DNA of 64,000 nucleotides from Clostridiales bacterium (lineage in GTDB: Bacteria; Bacillota; Desulfotomaculia; Desulfotomaculales; VENG01). The stretch spans positions 1,123 through 65,122 of the forward strand of contig JADQBQ010000002.1 in the NCBI GenBank assembly GCA_016278505.1, in the 5' to 3' direction. The notes below the pieces were generated by a model. It was given only the letters and a program-made list of their open reading frames with translations, was not told where the DNA came from and searched no databases. This document shows positions 18,694-29,630 of this stretch, in pieces. The position numbers and the translations under genes were made by a program. Every line of letters starts with the position of its first letter. Positions within the stretch are counted from its first letter, which is position 1.

Positions 18694-19563
18694 CTATACC
18701 CCACCCTGACGGTTAAAATGTCCTACACCCACACTATTAATATACTTTTTAACCTGGGCCATATCCTTGTCCTTTTTAATTAACGAGCCTGCAAAAGGTA
18801 GCTCTTCAGTAATTTTTGCGGGGTCTACCCCGCCCAAAACTAATGCTTGCAGCCAGTCTAACAGCTCACTGGTACTTGGCCTTTTTTGTAAACCTGGGAC
18901 TGATCTTAACCAATAAAAAGCTTGTACAGCTTCTGTTAGCAAGTTCCTCATCAAATTAGGATAATGTACTTTGATAATTTGTTTCATTTCCTCAGGTCCC
19001 GGAAAAGCGATGTAGTGAAAAATACAACGGCGCAGAAAGGCGTCCGGAAGTTCCTTCTCGGCATTACTAGTTATAATTACTATGGGGCGTTTCTTCGCCG
19101 TTACAGTTTCGCCGGTTTCTGGAACATGAAAACTCATCATATCCAATTCCCATAAAAGATCATTAGGAAACTCCAGGTCAGCTTTATCAATTTCGTCAAT
19201 CAGTAGAACCACTTGTTCTTTTGAAGAAAATGCCTGCCCCAGTTTGCCAAGCTTTATGTAGTTTTTTATTTCTGACACATCACGGTCACCGAATTGACTA
19301 TCATACAAACGCTGCACCGTATCATACACGTATAGGCCGTCTCGAGCCTTTGTGGTGGATTTAATATTCCACATTAAAATATCTAAACCCAGTCCCTCTG
19401 CAATACTTTTGGCAAGCATAGTTTTACCTGTACCCGGTTCTCCCTTAATGAGAAGTGGTCTACTCAGTGCAAGAGCAACATTAACAGCTTGTTGTAAATC
19501 GCCCGGGGCTACGTAGTCGGCAGTCCCGGAAAATCTATTGAATGGTTGATACAAGCTAATCAC
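18694..19563 (-). CDS. MoxR-family (CoxD-like) AAA+ ATPase
   Basis: GEPGTGKT, LLIDEIDKAD, TSNAEKELPDAFLRRC, KRPSTSELLDW. Confidence 0.9.
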   Translation of the reverse strand: MISLYQPFNRFSGTADYVAPGDLQQAVNVALALSRPLLIKGEPGTGKTMLAKSIAEGLGLDILMWNIKSTTKARDGLYVYDTVQRLYDSQFGDRDVSEIKNYIKLGKLGQAFSSKEQVVLLIDEIDKADLEFPNDLLWELDMMSFHVPETGETVTAKKRPIVIITSNAEKELPDAFLRRCIFHYIAFPGPEEMKQIIKVHYPNLMRNLLTEAVQAFYWLRSVPGLQKRPSTSELLDWLQALVLGGVDPAKITEELPFAGSLIKKDKDMAQVKKYINSVGVGHFNRQGGV

Positions 19564-19709
19564 CGCCTTTGTAAAACTAATTAATCACTCTTTTAAGCTG
19601 CATAATACTACCTTTACAACTAATGATAACAGAAGCAAAACGTCTCATCAAATAAAGTATACTAATCCAGATCTTTCAGAATAAGTTTTAATTATATGTT
19701 TTAGGATAA

Positions 19710-19738
19710 GAAGGATTTTACCATTATATTTTGAATAC
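19710..19738 (+). promoter_or_regulatory. Sigma-H-like promoter for enoyl-CoA hydratase
   Basis: GAAGGATTT...GAATAC; AGGA (19712), 17 bp, GAAT (19733). Confidence 0.55.
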
Positions 19739-19776
19739 TCTTATAGTTGTTCTACATATTTTGGGAGGTGTCTCAG

Positions 19777-20565
19777 TTGGATTTTAACTTTTTAAATTTG
19801 AATAAGTCAGATAATGTGGGCACAATCCTTCTCAATCGTCCGGAATGCGGAAACGCATTGAACCTGCTACTCGCTGAGGATTTAATAAGTGCACTGGAAA
19901 ATTGTTGTGAAGATGAAACCATAAACGCGGTAGTCATCACAGGTAAAGGAGATCATTTCTGCAGTGGAGGTGACCTCAAGGATTCTAAAAACAATCCAGA
20001 CGGCCGCTCAGAATACTGGAAACATCTAACTCGACGTTTAAACAGGATAATTGTCAATATTCGTTACACAAGAAAGCCGGTTATTGCCTCAGTTAACGGC
20101 CCGGCAGTAGGAGCCGGAATGAGTATTGCCTGTGCCGCTGACTTGAGAATTGCCAGTGCCTCAGCAATCTTTAAACAAGGATGGACCAGCGTGGGATTAG
20201 TGCCTGACGGTGCTTGGACACTCATGCTTCCTCTTACCCTTGGGATGAGTAAGGCCAGTGAATTGATATTTATGGACCCGGAAATAACTGCCGCTGAAGC
20301 TTATAATTTTAGCTTGGTCAATTTAGTAACGCCTAATGATGAGCTGGAAAGAACGACCATAAAATGGGCACTTAAGTTAGCTAAGGGTCCCTTTGAGGCT
20401 CTCGCAAGGTCAAAAGAATTGCTAAATGAATCCATGCTAAATATTCTGGAGGCACAGCTAGGCCGTGAAAGGCGGGAGATAGTTGAGGCGGCACGTACTG
20501 AGGATCATAAAGAGGCTGTGGAGGCATTCCTTAATAAGAGGGATCCTATTTTTAAGGGAATTTAA
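19777..20565 (+). CDS. Enoyl-CoA hydratase/isomerase (crotonase; PaaG-like)
   Basis: LNRPECGNAL, FCSGGDL, NGPAVGAG, GLVPDG; TTG start after GGAGGTG. Confidence 0.9.
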   Translation: MDFNFLNLNKSDNVGTILLNRPECGNALNLLLAEDLISALENCCEDETINAVVITGKGDHFCSGGDLKDSKNNPDGRSEYWKHLTRRLNRIIVNIRYTRKPVIASVNGPAVGAGMSIACAADLRIASASAIFKQGWTSVGLVPDGAWTLMLPLTLGMSKASELIFMDPEITAAEAYNFSLVNLVTPNDELERTTIKWALKLAKGPFEALARSKELLNESMLNILEAQLGRERREIVEAARTEDHKEAVEAFLNKRDPIFKGI

Positions 20566-20580
20566 TACTGCCGTGACAAC

Positions 20581-20617
20581 AAGAAGCCAGGTTCTGTTAA
20601 ACAGAACCTGGCTTCTT
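20581..20617. terminator. Bidirectional terminator
   Basis: AAGAAGCCAGGTTCTGTT-A-AACAGAACCTGGCTTCTT near-perfect inverted repeat between convergent genes. Confidence 0.85.
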
Positions 20618-20634
20618 AAGTTCGCTTTATTTCT

Positions 20635-22062
20635 TTATTGCAGGAAGAACGAATGAGCTGCAGCATTTACAACTTCAGATAGCGGCCCGGGATATACACC
20701 GATAATCAGAGTCACAAGCATAGTAACAACGAGTGTAATGGCCACCGGGCTGGACACCTTTATCGGTGTAGAATCAGCCGGCTCATCTCGATACATAACC
20801 AAAGCTACCCGGAGGTAGTAATATACCGATACCATGCTCATGATCAGACCAATAAAAGCAAGCCATAGGTAATTATCTACTATCGTTGTAAAAAGGTAAA
20901 ATTTACCCACGAAGCCCGCGAGTGGTGGAATACCCGCCATACTGAGCATAGCCACCAACATTACTACGGCCATTAAAGGAGAGCGCTGGCTTAATCCTGC
21001 GTAATCCTTTATTTTATCACTGCCTGTAATGTTATAGAAGTAGGTGGCAACAGTAAACGCACCGAGCGTAGCAAAAACGTATAAGAAGGCATAAAACATA
21101 ACACCCTTTATACCCGCCTCAGTAGCAGTCACCAAGCCTACCAGTATATATCCTGCCTGAGCAATACTGGAGTAAGCCAAAAGACGCTTAATGTTATCCT
21201 GTGGTATGGCAACAAGGTTACCCACAATTATGGTAACTCCTGCCAGTATGGCCACAACCATTGCCCAATGCTCCCATATGCCAGGGAGAGCAGCGACAAA
21301 AACCCGGAGCAGTATGGCCAATGATGCTGCCTTTGACCCCACAGCCAAAAATGCAGTAACAGGAGTGGGTGCTCCTTCATAGACATCAGGTGACCACATG
21401 TGGAACGGAACCGCAGATATTTTGAACCCGAACCCGGCCAGCAACATAACCACCCCAAGTATAAGCGCAGGGCTTACAGGGTTCATGGCCACTATCCGTC
21501 CAACCTCATAAATATTAATACTACCTGTTAAACCGTATATCAGGCTCAACCCGTACAACAATACAGCAGAACTCATTGATGCAAGTAGAATGTACTTGAT
21601 GCCGGCTTCTACTGACTTACTTTCGTTTTTACGAAAGCATACCAGGATGATAAAGGAAATGGTCATCAATTCCAAACCCATAAATAAGGTTATGAAATCT
21701 CCTGCGGATGCCATGACCATCATACCCAGTGTAGCGAATATTAAGGTACTATAATATTCGGTTTGTCCACCAAGGTTATCCACATAACGCATGGAACCCA
21801 GTACGACTAATACAGCTGCAACCAGGAAGGTGAGCTTCCAAAATGTAGCGTAATTATCTACCAGGTACATACCCGAATAAACACTACCTTGTGTACCCCA
21901 AAAGCCAATGGCTGCCCCGGATACACCCAACAAACCAATAACCGTTATCCAGCCCAGGCCCTTCTTAGCGCTTGCCGGAGATATAATCCCTAATATGAGC
22001 ACCGCCAGGCCCAGCGCGGCAGTAAGCATTTCAATGGAAAGTAAAGAAGTATCAAACGGCAT
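20635..22062 (-). CDS. nuoN: NADH-quinone oxidoreductase subunit N
   Basis: EAGIKY, FKISAVPFHMWSPDVYEGAPTP, KRLLAYSSIAQAGY. Confidence 0.95.
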   Translation of the reverse strand: MPFDTSLLSIEMLTAALGLAVLILGIISPASAKKGLGWITVIGLLGVSGAAIGFWGTQGSVYSGMYLVDNYATFWKLTFLVAAVLVVLGSMRYVDNLGGQTEYYSTLIFATLGMMVMASAGDFITLFMGLELMTISFIILVCFRKNESKSVEAGIKYILLASMSSAVLLYGLSLIYGLTGSINIYEVGRIVAMNPVSPALILGVVMLLAGFGFKISAVPFHMWSPDVYEGAPTPVTAFLAVGSKAASLAILLRVFVAALPGIWEHWAMVVAILAGVTIIVGNLVAIPQDNIKRLLAYSSIAQAGYILVGLVTATEAGIKGVMFYAFLYVFATLGAFTVATYFYNITGSDKIKDYAGLSQRSPLMAVVMLVAMLSMAGIPPLAGFVGKFYLFTTIVDNYLWLAFIGLIMSMVSVYYYLRVALVMYRDEPADSTPIKVSSPVAITLVVTMLVTLIIGVYPGPLSEVVNAAAHSFFLQ

Positions 22063-23577
22063 TTATAAGTTCCCCCCTAACTGCAGCACGTTGCTAATCT
22101 CAGCATGGAGAGGCACAACGCCGCTGTTAATCATGTCAAATAACAGGGAGGGAAGCAGACCACCTACTACAAGTACCGTTCCCAACACTACAAGAGGCAC
22201 AAGCTCAACACCCTTAATATCTTCCAGGTGATCATATTCCGTTCTGGGAGGACCAAACAGTGTATTGGCTCCCGCTCGCAGTACATATAGCGCGGTGATA
22301 ATGATACCCGCGATACCAATTACCGCCAGGCCGCCGTAATTATCAAACGCCGAAACAAATATGGTAAATTCTGGCATAAAACTTATCAAGCCAGGCAATC
22401 CAAGTGACGCCATTGCAGCCATCATAAAGCCTACGGCAAGCTTGGGAGTTTGATGTGCCAGACCTCCCATGTCAGGAATCCAACGGGTATGAGTCTTCTC
22501 ATAAATGAAACCGATCATCGAGAAGAAGAGTGCCGCCATTACACCGTGGGCGAACATATTGGCAACTGCCCCGTTAAGACCGATAACATCTAAACAGGCC
22601 ACGGCGATCATAACGTAACCCATATGGCTGACTGACGAGTATCCCACAACATATTTAAGGTCTTTCTGGGCAAGTGCTCCGAATGCCGCATAAGCAACAC
22701 CGGCAATCCCCAGCACAGCCATCCATGGGGCCCAGAAATGTGCACCAACCGGAAGGGTGACAACAGCAACTTTAATCAAACCATAGCCACCGATTTTTTT
22801 AAGCACGCCGGCGTGAATCATACTAACAGCAGTGGGAGCACCGGCATACCCGTCGGGCGACCAGGAGTGGAAGGGCCACATGGAAATCAATGACCCGAAC
22901 CCGAACAGCAGCAGCGCAAACAACCATTTCTGGTCAAAAGCTGAAAGTTGACTCCCCGCGATCGCCAATGCCGAGAAGCTCATATCCGGAGCACCTAGAA
23001 TACTAATAGATTTGGTGAACAGAGCAATCACGCCAACCAACAGGAAGCCACTACCAATCAACAAGTAAATAGTCAGCTTCATAGCTGCGTATTCCTTGGT
23101 AACCCGCTTGGAGCTACCCCAAATAACAACCATGATGTAGATGGGAATGACCACAACCTCGTAGAAAAGCAGGAAAATAAACAAGTCGTGGGCAATAAAG
23201 GTGCCCATAACACCAGTAATTAAGACCAACAAAAGTATGAAGAATTCCCGCGGACGAGTGCCAATGTTCCATGATGCAAATATAGCGGAAAAACCAATCA
23301 AGTTAGTCAGCAAGAGCATAGGCAAACTAATACCGTCCACAGCCAGGAAGAAAGTCACACCTAAATCTTGAATCCAGTCATGCCGTATAACGTATTGAAG
23401 CCCACCTAAGGTCTGGTCATAACCAAAGTACACATAAAAGCTCAAGGCCATAGAAACAAATGTGCCAATGGCCGCTACACTTTTAATTAGCTTGTGTTCA
23501 TCCTTAGGGACAAATACCAAAACCAGAGCGGCCGCCAACGGGGCCAGCAATATCACAGGGAGTACGGGAAAGCTCAT
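22063..23577 (-). CDS. nuoM: NADH-quinone oxidoreductase subunit M
   Basis: AVDGISLP, PFHSWSPDG, DLKYVVGYSSVSHMG, GLPGL. Confidence 0.95.
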   Translation of the reverse strand: MSFPVLPVILLAPLAAALVLVFVPKDEHKLIKSVAAIGTFVSMALSFYVYFGYDQTLGGLQYVIRHDWIQDLGVTFFLAVDGISLPMLLLTNLIGFSAIFASWNIGTRPREFFILLLVLITGVMGTFIAHDLFIFLLFYEVVVIPIYIMVVIWGSSKRVTKEYAAMKLTIYLLIGSGFLLVGVIALFTKSISILGAPDMSFSALAIAGSQLSAFDQKWLFALLLFGFGSLISMWPFHSWSPDGYAGAPTAVSMIHAGVLKKIGGYGLIKVAVVTLPVGAHFWAPWMAVLGIAGVAYAAFGALAQKDLKYVVGYSSVSHMGYVMIAVACLDVIGLNGAVANMFAHGVMAALFFSMIGFIYEKTHTRWIPDMGGLAHQTPKLAVGFMMAAMASLGLPGLISFMPEFTIFVSAFDNYGGLAVIGIAGIIITALYVLRAGANTLFGPPRTEYDHLEDIKGVELVPLVVLGTVLVVGGLLPSLLFDMINSGVVPLHAEISNVLQLGGNL

Positions 23578-25515
23578 TTACATTACACCTCCCAGGACCA
23601 GGCTGGCGGTAGAAGGACCGGCAAAAACCATAAGTACGGCAATAGCCAATACCCCAAGGAAAAATACCAGGGCGTAGTTTTGCAAACGTCCGGTTTGGAG
23701 TACACGTAACCCTTCACCCGAAAGCTTACCAAATCCACCCAGCCCGTTAACAATTCCGTCCACCACATAAATGTCAAAGAGATAGAATAACTTGGCAGAA
23801 CCATCCACCATGGTATGATTAAACCAAAGGTACATCTCATCAATATAGTACTTGTTAAAAGATAAATTATAGAGGCTCTTGTACCTCTCGGCAAGGGCTT
23901 TCACCTTGACCTTTTCCTTATCCTTCAGATATAGGGTGTACGCAAGATATATTCCTGCAACAGCTATTACTGCGGAAGATATCATAGCACCCCAAGCGAT
24001 TTCGCCACTATGGTGAGCTTCACCAAAGAAAATCCACTCCGCCCAGATGTTGTTCCAAGGGGTACCTAAGAGTCCAACCGTCATAGCACCGGCTGCCAAT
24101 ACGATAAGAGGTACACACATGGTCCATGGTGACTCGTGGGGATGATTCTCCGGCTTTTCTTCACCGTAAAAGGCCAAGAATATTAAACGCCACATATAAA
24201 ATGCCGTCAAAAAGGCGGTAAATGCCGCCATGGCATAAAGTATATAGTGACCTCCGTTTAACGTGACAACCAGAATCTCGTCCTTACTCCAGAAACCGGC
24301 AAAGGGCGGTATTCCTGCGATAGCCAACCCGCCAATAACAAACGTCCAGGAGGTTATCGGCATTTTTTTAACCAATCCACCCATTTCCCACACATCAGCC
24401 TTGTGATGCAGGGCATGCAGTACGCTACCTGCACCAAGGAACATAAGGGCCTTGAAAAAGGCGTGTGTCCACATGTGGAACATACCGGCCGTTAAGCTTC
24501 CCACGCCAAGAGCAAGCATCATGTAGCCAAGCTGACTCACAGTTGAATAAGCCAGAATTCGCTTTATCTCCCGCTGCGTAATGGCTATAGTTGCGGCAAA
24601 GAGTGCGGTAAAAGCACCCGTTATGGCTACTAAGTCCATGGCTACCGGAACTTCGTGGAACAGGAAGAGCATGCGCCCCACCAGATAAACACCGGCTACA
24701 ACCATGGTAGCAGCGTGAATCAGCGCGCTGACCGGAGTGGGACCCTCCATAGCATCAGGTAACCATACGTGCAGCGGGAACTGACCTGATTTAGCAATGG
24801 GTCCAATAAAGACCAGTATGGCCAGCAGTGTCATTGTGCCAAATGTAGTATATTCTCTAAAATTAGCTACTCGCTCGCTTAATTCCACAAGGTCCAAGGT
24901 ACCAAAAGTAATGACCAGCCCGAGGATACCCAGCAACAGCCCGAAGTCTGCCACACGGCAGGTAACAAAGGCTTTCTTGGCAGCCTCCCTGGCCGATATC
25001 TTGTGCGAATAAAATCCAATTAGCAGGTAAGAACATAAACCAACCAATTCCCATGCAATGAACATCTGCAGCAGGTTACTGGAAATGACCAGTAAAAGCA
25101 TTGACGCTGCAAAGAGGGAAAGGTAAGAGAAAAATACTGAAAACCCAGGGTCTCCCTTCATATAACCAACTGAATACAGCTGAATAAACGTAGCAATAAA
25201 ACTCACCATGAAGAGCATCATTGCAGATGTAGGATCCAGTTGAACCCCTACGTTAATCTGGAGTTCCGGCATTCCCGGGAGACCGAGTGTTAACCATCTC
25301 GCAGCATAAACGAGAGGATGCTCGGTATATTGATGGTTAGTGAATACTCCATAAGCCGCCAGTGTTGCAAAAAAGCATGCAGTGGCCATACCTCCAACAG
25401 AGATAAAGGCACTCAGCTTTGGCCACGGGCGTGCCAAAAAAACAATGATTAAAAATGCGAGGGCGGGCAGGAGCGGTACCAACCATGCATGATGCAATGC
25501 AAATTCAACAAGCAT
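23578..25515 (-). CDS. nuoL: NADH-quinone oxidoreductase subunit L
   Basis: WELVGLCSYLLIGF, KSGQFPLHVWLPDAMEGPTPVSALIHAATMV, HAFFKA, QTGRLQNY. Confidence 0.96.
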   Translation of the reverse strand: MLVEFALHHAWLVPLLPALAFLIIVFLARPWPKLSAFISVGGMATACFFATLAAYGVFTNHQYTEHPLVYAARWLTLGLPGMPELQINVGVQLDPTSAMMLFMVSFIATFIQLYSVGYMKGDPGFSVFFSYLSLFAASMLLLVISSNLLQMFIAWELVGLCSYLLIGFYSHKISAREAAKKAFVTCRVADFGLLLGILGLVITFGTLDLVELSERVANFREYTTFGTMTLLAILVFIGPIAKSGQFPLHVWLPDAMEGPTPVSALIHAATMVVAGVYLVGRMLFLFHEVPVAMDLVAITGAFTALFAATIAITQREIKRILAYSTVSQLGYMMLALGVGSLTAGMFHMWTHAFFKALMFLGAGSVLHALHHKADVWEMGGLVKKMPITSWTFVIGGLAIAGIPPFAGFWSKDEILVVTLNGGHYILYAMAAFTAFLTAFYMWRLIFLAFYGEEKPENHPHESPWTMCVPLIVLAAGAMTVGLLGTPWNNIWAEWIFFGEAHHSGEIAWGAMISSAVIAVAGIYLAYTLYLKDKEKVKVKALAERYKSLYNLSFNKYYIDEMYLWFNHTMVDGSAKLFYLFDIYVVDGIVNGLGGFGKLSGEGLRVLQTGRLQNYALVFFLGVLAIAVLMVFAGPSTASLVLGGVM

Positions 25516-25548
25516 TTATCTTAGCACCTACCTTCATTCTGTAGAATC

Positions 25549-25863
25549 CTACCATTTTAGCCAGTCAAATTCATCAAGATTGACCGACAATTTATTGCGG
25601 TAGATGGCTATTATAATCGCCAACCCTACCCCCACTTCTGCAGCAGCCACAGTAATTACAAAAATGGCAAATATCTGGCCTATAAATTCGTTCGGCGTAA
25701 TGTATTTACTGAATGCAATCAAATTAATGTTTACCGCATTCAGCATCAGTTCAATACAGATCAGCACCGAAATGGCATTCTTTTTAGATAGAACTCCAAA
25801 AAGACCTATACTAAAAAGGATTGCCGACAAAACCACATAGTGGGTAAGGCTAATCGTCAACAT
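25549..25863 (-). CDS. nuoK: NADH-quinone oxidoreductase subunit K
   Basis: IELMLNAVNIN, VAAAEVGVGLAI. Confidence 0.95.
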   Translation of the reverse strand: MLTISLTHYVVLSAILFSIGLFGVLSKKNAISVLICIELMLNAVNINLIAFSKYITPNEFIGQIFAIFVITVAAAEVGVGLAIIIAIYRNKLSVNLDEFDWLKW

Positions 25864-26374
25864 TAGCCTTCACCTCCTTGGCCAGAACGATCGCTCCTAC
25901 CAGGGCCACTAACAGCAGCAGGGCAGCGACTTCAAAGGGTATTACGTATTTACTTAAGAGCAACTGACCAATTTGCCCCAGTGAATCCTCAGGCACCGGG
26001 GTGTTGGCCGCTAAATCTGCCCAAGCCGTAGTTCCGGCAAAAAAACCACTCACTGCCAGTGTCAAAGCCACAACTCCTCCGGCCATAAATGTTTGCCTGT
26101 TAAACAGGTTGGACTGTTTCATGTCTGTCCTTTGGATAAGCATTACACCAAAGATAATCATGATACAAACCGCACCGGCGTATACCAAAACCTGGATAAC
26201 AGCAAGGTAAGCAGCATCCAGTATAAGGAATAACCCAGCCATGGCTATAAAGCATATGGCCAAAAACAATACTGAATGGACAATATTCCGCATTGACACT
26301 ACCAGTATAGCCGAACCCAGGATAACCGCGGCCAGTACGTAAAAAGCTAGTACACTGTAAATACTGGTTTCCAT
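25850..26374 (-). CDS. nuoJ: NADH-quinone oxidoreductase subunit J
   Basis: NIVHS, QVLVYAGA, PFEVAALLLLVALVGA; ATG 26374. Confidence 0.93.
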   Translation of the reverse strand: METSIYSVLAFYVLAAVILGSAILVVSMRNIVHSVLFLAICFIAMAGLFLILDAAYLAVIQVLVYAGAVCIMIIFGVMLIQRTDMKQSNLFNRQTFMAGGVVALTLAVSGFFAGTTAWADLAANTPVPEDSLGQIGQLLLSKYVIPFEVAALLLLVALVGAIVLAKEVKANVDD

Positions 26375-26378
26375 GATA

Positions 26379-26930
26379 TTACTGACCCTCCTTCTCCGGG
26401 GCCTTTCCGGCAGCCACTTCATCAGAAGCAGATTTATCTGCCGATGCTGCCGGGGTTTCCTCTTTCTGTTTCCCTTTGCCCTTTACTTTAGGTTCAGCCT
26501 TCTCACCCGATGCCTCCGGTGTTGCTTCTTCCGGCTTTGGTTCAGGCTTAGGTGCTTCTCGCTCAACCAAGATCAAGGGAATAGCATCATAATTATACTG
26601 ACTCATATCATGTTCTAAACTAAAGTTTATTGCGTCTTTATTGCAAGCTTCCACACACATGCCGCAAAACAGGCAATATTCAATGTTCATAACGTACTTA
26701 GTCAAAAACTTCTTCTTTTCAACTTTTTCACTTTTGAGCTCAATTACATTGTTCGGACAAGCATTCGCACACAGATTGCATGCAATACATTTATCAGCGT
26801 CGAAAACAAACCGGCCGTGAAAGCGCTCCGGTTTAGTGTGCTGCTCTTCAGGATACTGCACAGTAAACTTTTTCGACGTAAATTCCTTCCACGTTATGCG
26901 CAGACCTTTGATTAAGCCGTTTCCAAACAT
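26379..26930 (-). CDS. nuoI: NADH-quinone oxidoreductase subunit I (2x[4Fe-4S])
   Basis: TVQYPE, CIACNLCANACP, CLFCGMCVEAC; low-complexity P/E/K/A tail. Confidence 0.94.
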   Translation of the reverse strand: MFGNGLIKGLRITWKEFTSKKFTVQYPEEQHTKPERFHGRFVFDADKCIACNLCANACPNNVIELKSEKVEKKKFLTKYVMNIEYCLFCGMCVEACNKDAINFSLEHDMSQYNYDAIPLILVEREAPKPEPKPEEATPEASGEKAEPKVKGKGKQKEETPAASADKSASDEVAAGKAPEKEGQ

Positions 26931-26934
26931 GCCA

Positions 26935-27987
26935 TCACCACCCTATCGCCCGGTAGATATACATACCAATACCGGTTACAAAAACGTTGGCCAGGGACAG
27001 TGGTACCAGTATTTTCCAACCAAAACCCATTAGTTGATCAACTCTGATACGCGGGAAGGTCCAACGGAACCACATTACCACAAAAATCAGTACGTACATT
27101 TTCAGGAAAAACCATAACCAAGAAGGAATAAAAGTCAATCCAAAAGGCGCCAGCCAGCCACCCAAGAAAATAGTAGTTGCCATGGCTGAAATAATCATAA
27201 TGCTTGCGTATTCGGCTAGAAAGAACATGGCAAATCCCATGCCTCCGTATTCTGTATACGGCCCGTTAATAATCTCCGATTCACCTTCCACCAGGTCAAA
27301 CGGTGTACGGTTACACTCAGCCACTGCGGCTATAAAGAAAATCAAAAAAGCAATGGGCTGGGTAACAATAAACCACATGTTCTGCTGAGCGGCAATAATT
27401 TCGGTTAAGTTCATACTCCCCACCAGCATAATAACGCCCAGTACCGACAGGATCATAGGGAGTTCATAACTTACCATTTGTGCTACCACTCGCATAGATC
27501 CCAGTAAGGAATACTTATTGTTTGAGCCCCATCCACCCATCCAGAAGATAATGGTAGTTAGAGACGCCAGGGCAAAAACGTAAAACAGACCTATATTTAA
27601 GTCCAGTGCCACCATATCTTTGCCAAAAGGAATAGCGGCAAAAATCATTAAAGGCGGCACAAATACTAAAGCCGGTGCCAGCAAGAATAGAATCTTATCT
27701 GCACTTTTCGGAATCGGAATTTCTTTACTAATCAGTTTTCCAATGTCACAGGTAGTTTGCAGTAATCCCCATGGTCCCACCCTGTTAGGACCTATACGGG
27801 CCTGCATGTATCCAGCCACTTTCCGCTCCATAAGCACTAACCAAAGGGCATTTATAAGAATAAATACCAGGATAGCAACCAGCTTTACGACCAGCAACGT
27901 GACGTCATTCCAAAGTGGAGGGACCCCCGCGCTGTCCAGCAGGTTTCTGAGCAAGCCGGCTATATTTGTAAAAAGATTTTCCAACAT
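26935..27987 (-). CDS. nuoH: NADH-quinone oxidoreductase subunit H
   Basis: ERKVAG, RIGPNRVGP, NRTPFDL.E.ESE, PRIRVDQLM. Confidence 0.96.
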   Translation of the reverse strand: MLENLFTNIAGLLRNLLDSAGVPPLWNDVTLLVVKLVAILVFILINALWLVLMERKVAGYMQARIGPNRVGPWGLLQTTCDIGKLISKEIPIPKSADKILFLLAPALVFVPPLMIFAAIPFGKDMVALDLNIGLFYVFALASLTTIIFWMGGWGSNNKYSLLGSMRVVAQMVSYELPMILSVLGVIMLVGSMNLTEIIAAQQNMWFIVTQPIAFLIFFIAAVAECNRTPFDLVEGESEIINGPYTEYGGMGFAMFFLAEYASIMIISAMATTIFLGGWLAPFGLTFIPSWLWFFLKMYVLIFVVMWFRWTFPRIRVDQLMGFGWKILVPLSLANVFVTGIGMYIYRAIGW

Positions 27988-28014
27988 GCCTTTTCTCCCC
28001 TATAGTCCCATTTT

Positions 28015-29118
28015 TTAACAGTCCACTTCACCCAAAACAATATCAATGCTACCCAGGATAGCTACTAAGTCTGCAATCAACCAGCCGCGGCTCATTTCAT
28101 CCAAGTAACCGAGGTTAATAAATGAAGGCCTCCTTACATGAACACGGTGTGGTTTATTAGTACCGTCGCTTACGACATAAAAACCCAATATTCCTTTGGA
28201 ACTTTCGATTTCAGCGTAAGCATCGCCTTTCGGCGGCTTAAGTGCTTTTGGCACCTTGCCTTTAATAGGACCGTCAATCTCTTTAATTTGTTCTATGGCC
28301 TGCTTAATAATCCGTACCGATTGGCGCATCTCCCTAACTCTGCAGAAATAGCGATCGAAACAATCCCCGTTTTTACCCACGGGCACTTCAAAGTCAAAGC
28401 GGTCATAAATACTGTAAGGCTTGGCCTTGCGCAGGTCATAGTTTATACCGGATCCCCGCAAAACAGGCCCACTAAGGCTATAGTCAATAGCAGTTTCAGG
28501 AGAAAGACCCCCCACTTGCTTGGTTCTGGCTTGGAAAATTTCATTCCCGGTTATCAGCCCGTCATACTCATCAATATACCCTGGCATATCGTCCATCAGT
28601 TTGTCGAGCTTTTCCAACCATCCTTCAGGAGCATCATCAGCAACTCCACCAAAGCGAGCATAACTGAAAGTCATCCTGGAGCCGGTTAGTTCCTCCAATA
28701 AATCCATCATCCGTTCACGCTCCCGGAAACAAAGGAGAAATCCTGTAAACCCTCCCACATCCAAGGCATAAACTCCGGTGGCCAACACATGACTCGCCAA
28801 ACGAGACAACTCTCCTGAAATAACACGCAGGTATTCTGCCCTTTCAGGGACTTCAAGGCCCATCAATTTTTCAACAGCCATTACATAACCCCAGTTTTGC
28901 AGCATGGATGCCAAGTAATCCATTCTATCCGTATAAGGAATCACCTGTTGATAGGTACGACTTTCAGCTAATTTTTCAATTCCCCGGTGCAGATAGCCGC
29001 AGACGGGCTCAGCTTTAACAATCTTTTCCCCGTCTAACGTAAGGACCACTTGGAACACGCCGTGGGTAGCGGGGTGCTGTGGGCCAAAGTTCATTGTATA
29101 AGTTTCCGTCCTCAACAT
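28015..29118 (-). CDS. nuoD: NADH-quinone oxidoreductase subunit D
   Basis: [34 protein letters not shown]; no NiFe CxxC motifs. Confidence 0.95.
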   Translation of the reverse strand: MLRTETYTMNFGPQHPATHGVFQVVLTLDGEKIVKAEPVCGYLHRGIEKLAESRTYQQVIPYTDRMDYLASMLQNWGYVMAVEKLMGLEVPERAEYLRVISGELSRLASHVLATGVYALDVGGFTGFLLCFRERERMMDLLEELTGSRMTFSYARFGGVADDAPEGWLEKLDKLMDDMPGYIDEYDGLITGNEIFQARTKQVGGLSPETAIDYSLSGPVLRGSGINYDLRKAKPYSIYDRFDFEVPVGKNGDCFDRYFCRVREMRQSVRIIKQAIEQIKEIDGPIKGKVPKALKPPKGDAYAEIESSKGILGFYVVSDGTNKPHRVHVRRPSFINLGYLDEMSRGWLIADLVAILGSIDIVLGEVDC

Positions 29119-29144
29119 TTGCCACACCTCTTAATTTTCAAGAG

Positions 29145-29627
29145 TTACTTCCTGCCACCCACCCATTGATAATCCTTGCGCAACGGGTAGCCCTCAAAAT
29201 TATCCGTAAGCAAAATCCGCTTTAGATTAGGGTGGTCGGTAAAGACAATACCAAACAGGTCATAAACTTCACGTTCCTGCCAATTGGCACCGCCCCAAAC
29301 CGGGAACACGGAAGGTATTTCCGGATTTTTTCGACTAACGCGGGCCTTCACAGTTAAATAAAGTTTCTCATAAACGGAGGTTAAGTTGTAAACAATCTCC
29401 ATTTCCCCGTCATCTTCGTCTTCATTACCATCGCCTTTTCCTTTTGCATCAGCGGGATAATCGGCGGCAGTAAGGTTGGTAAGGTAATTGAAACCAAAAC
29501 TATTTTTTAATTCCTGCATCAGACCCAGTAAATCCTCAGTCGAAACACTAATAGTTTCCTCTGACGTTTTTATCTGGGGAAACTTTTCCTTCAATTCGCT
29601 TATTATTTCAGATATCTTTTTCTCCAT
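29145..29627 (-). CDS. nuoC: NADH-quinone oxidoreductase subunit C
   Basis: ANWQEREVYDLFGIVF.DHPNLKRIL, YPLRKD; acidic insertion. Confidence 0.94.
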   Translation of the reverse strand: MEKKISEIISELKEKFPQIKTSEETISVSTEDLLGLMQELKNSFGFNYLTNLTAADYPADAKGKGDGNEDEDDGEMEIVYNLTSVYEKLYLTVKARVSRKNPEIPSVFPVWGGANWQEREVYDLFGIVFTDHPNLKRILLTDNFEGYPLRKDYQWVGGRK

Positions 29628-29630
29628 AAT

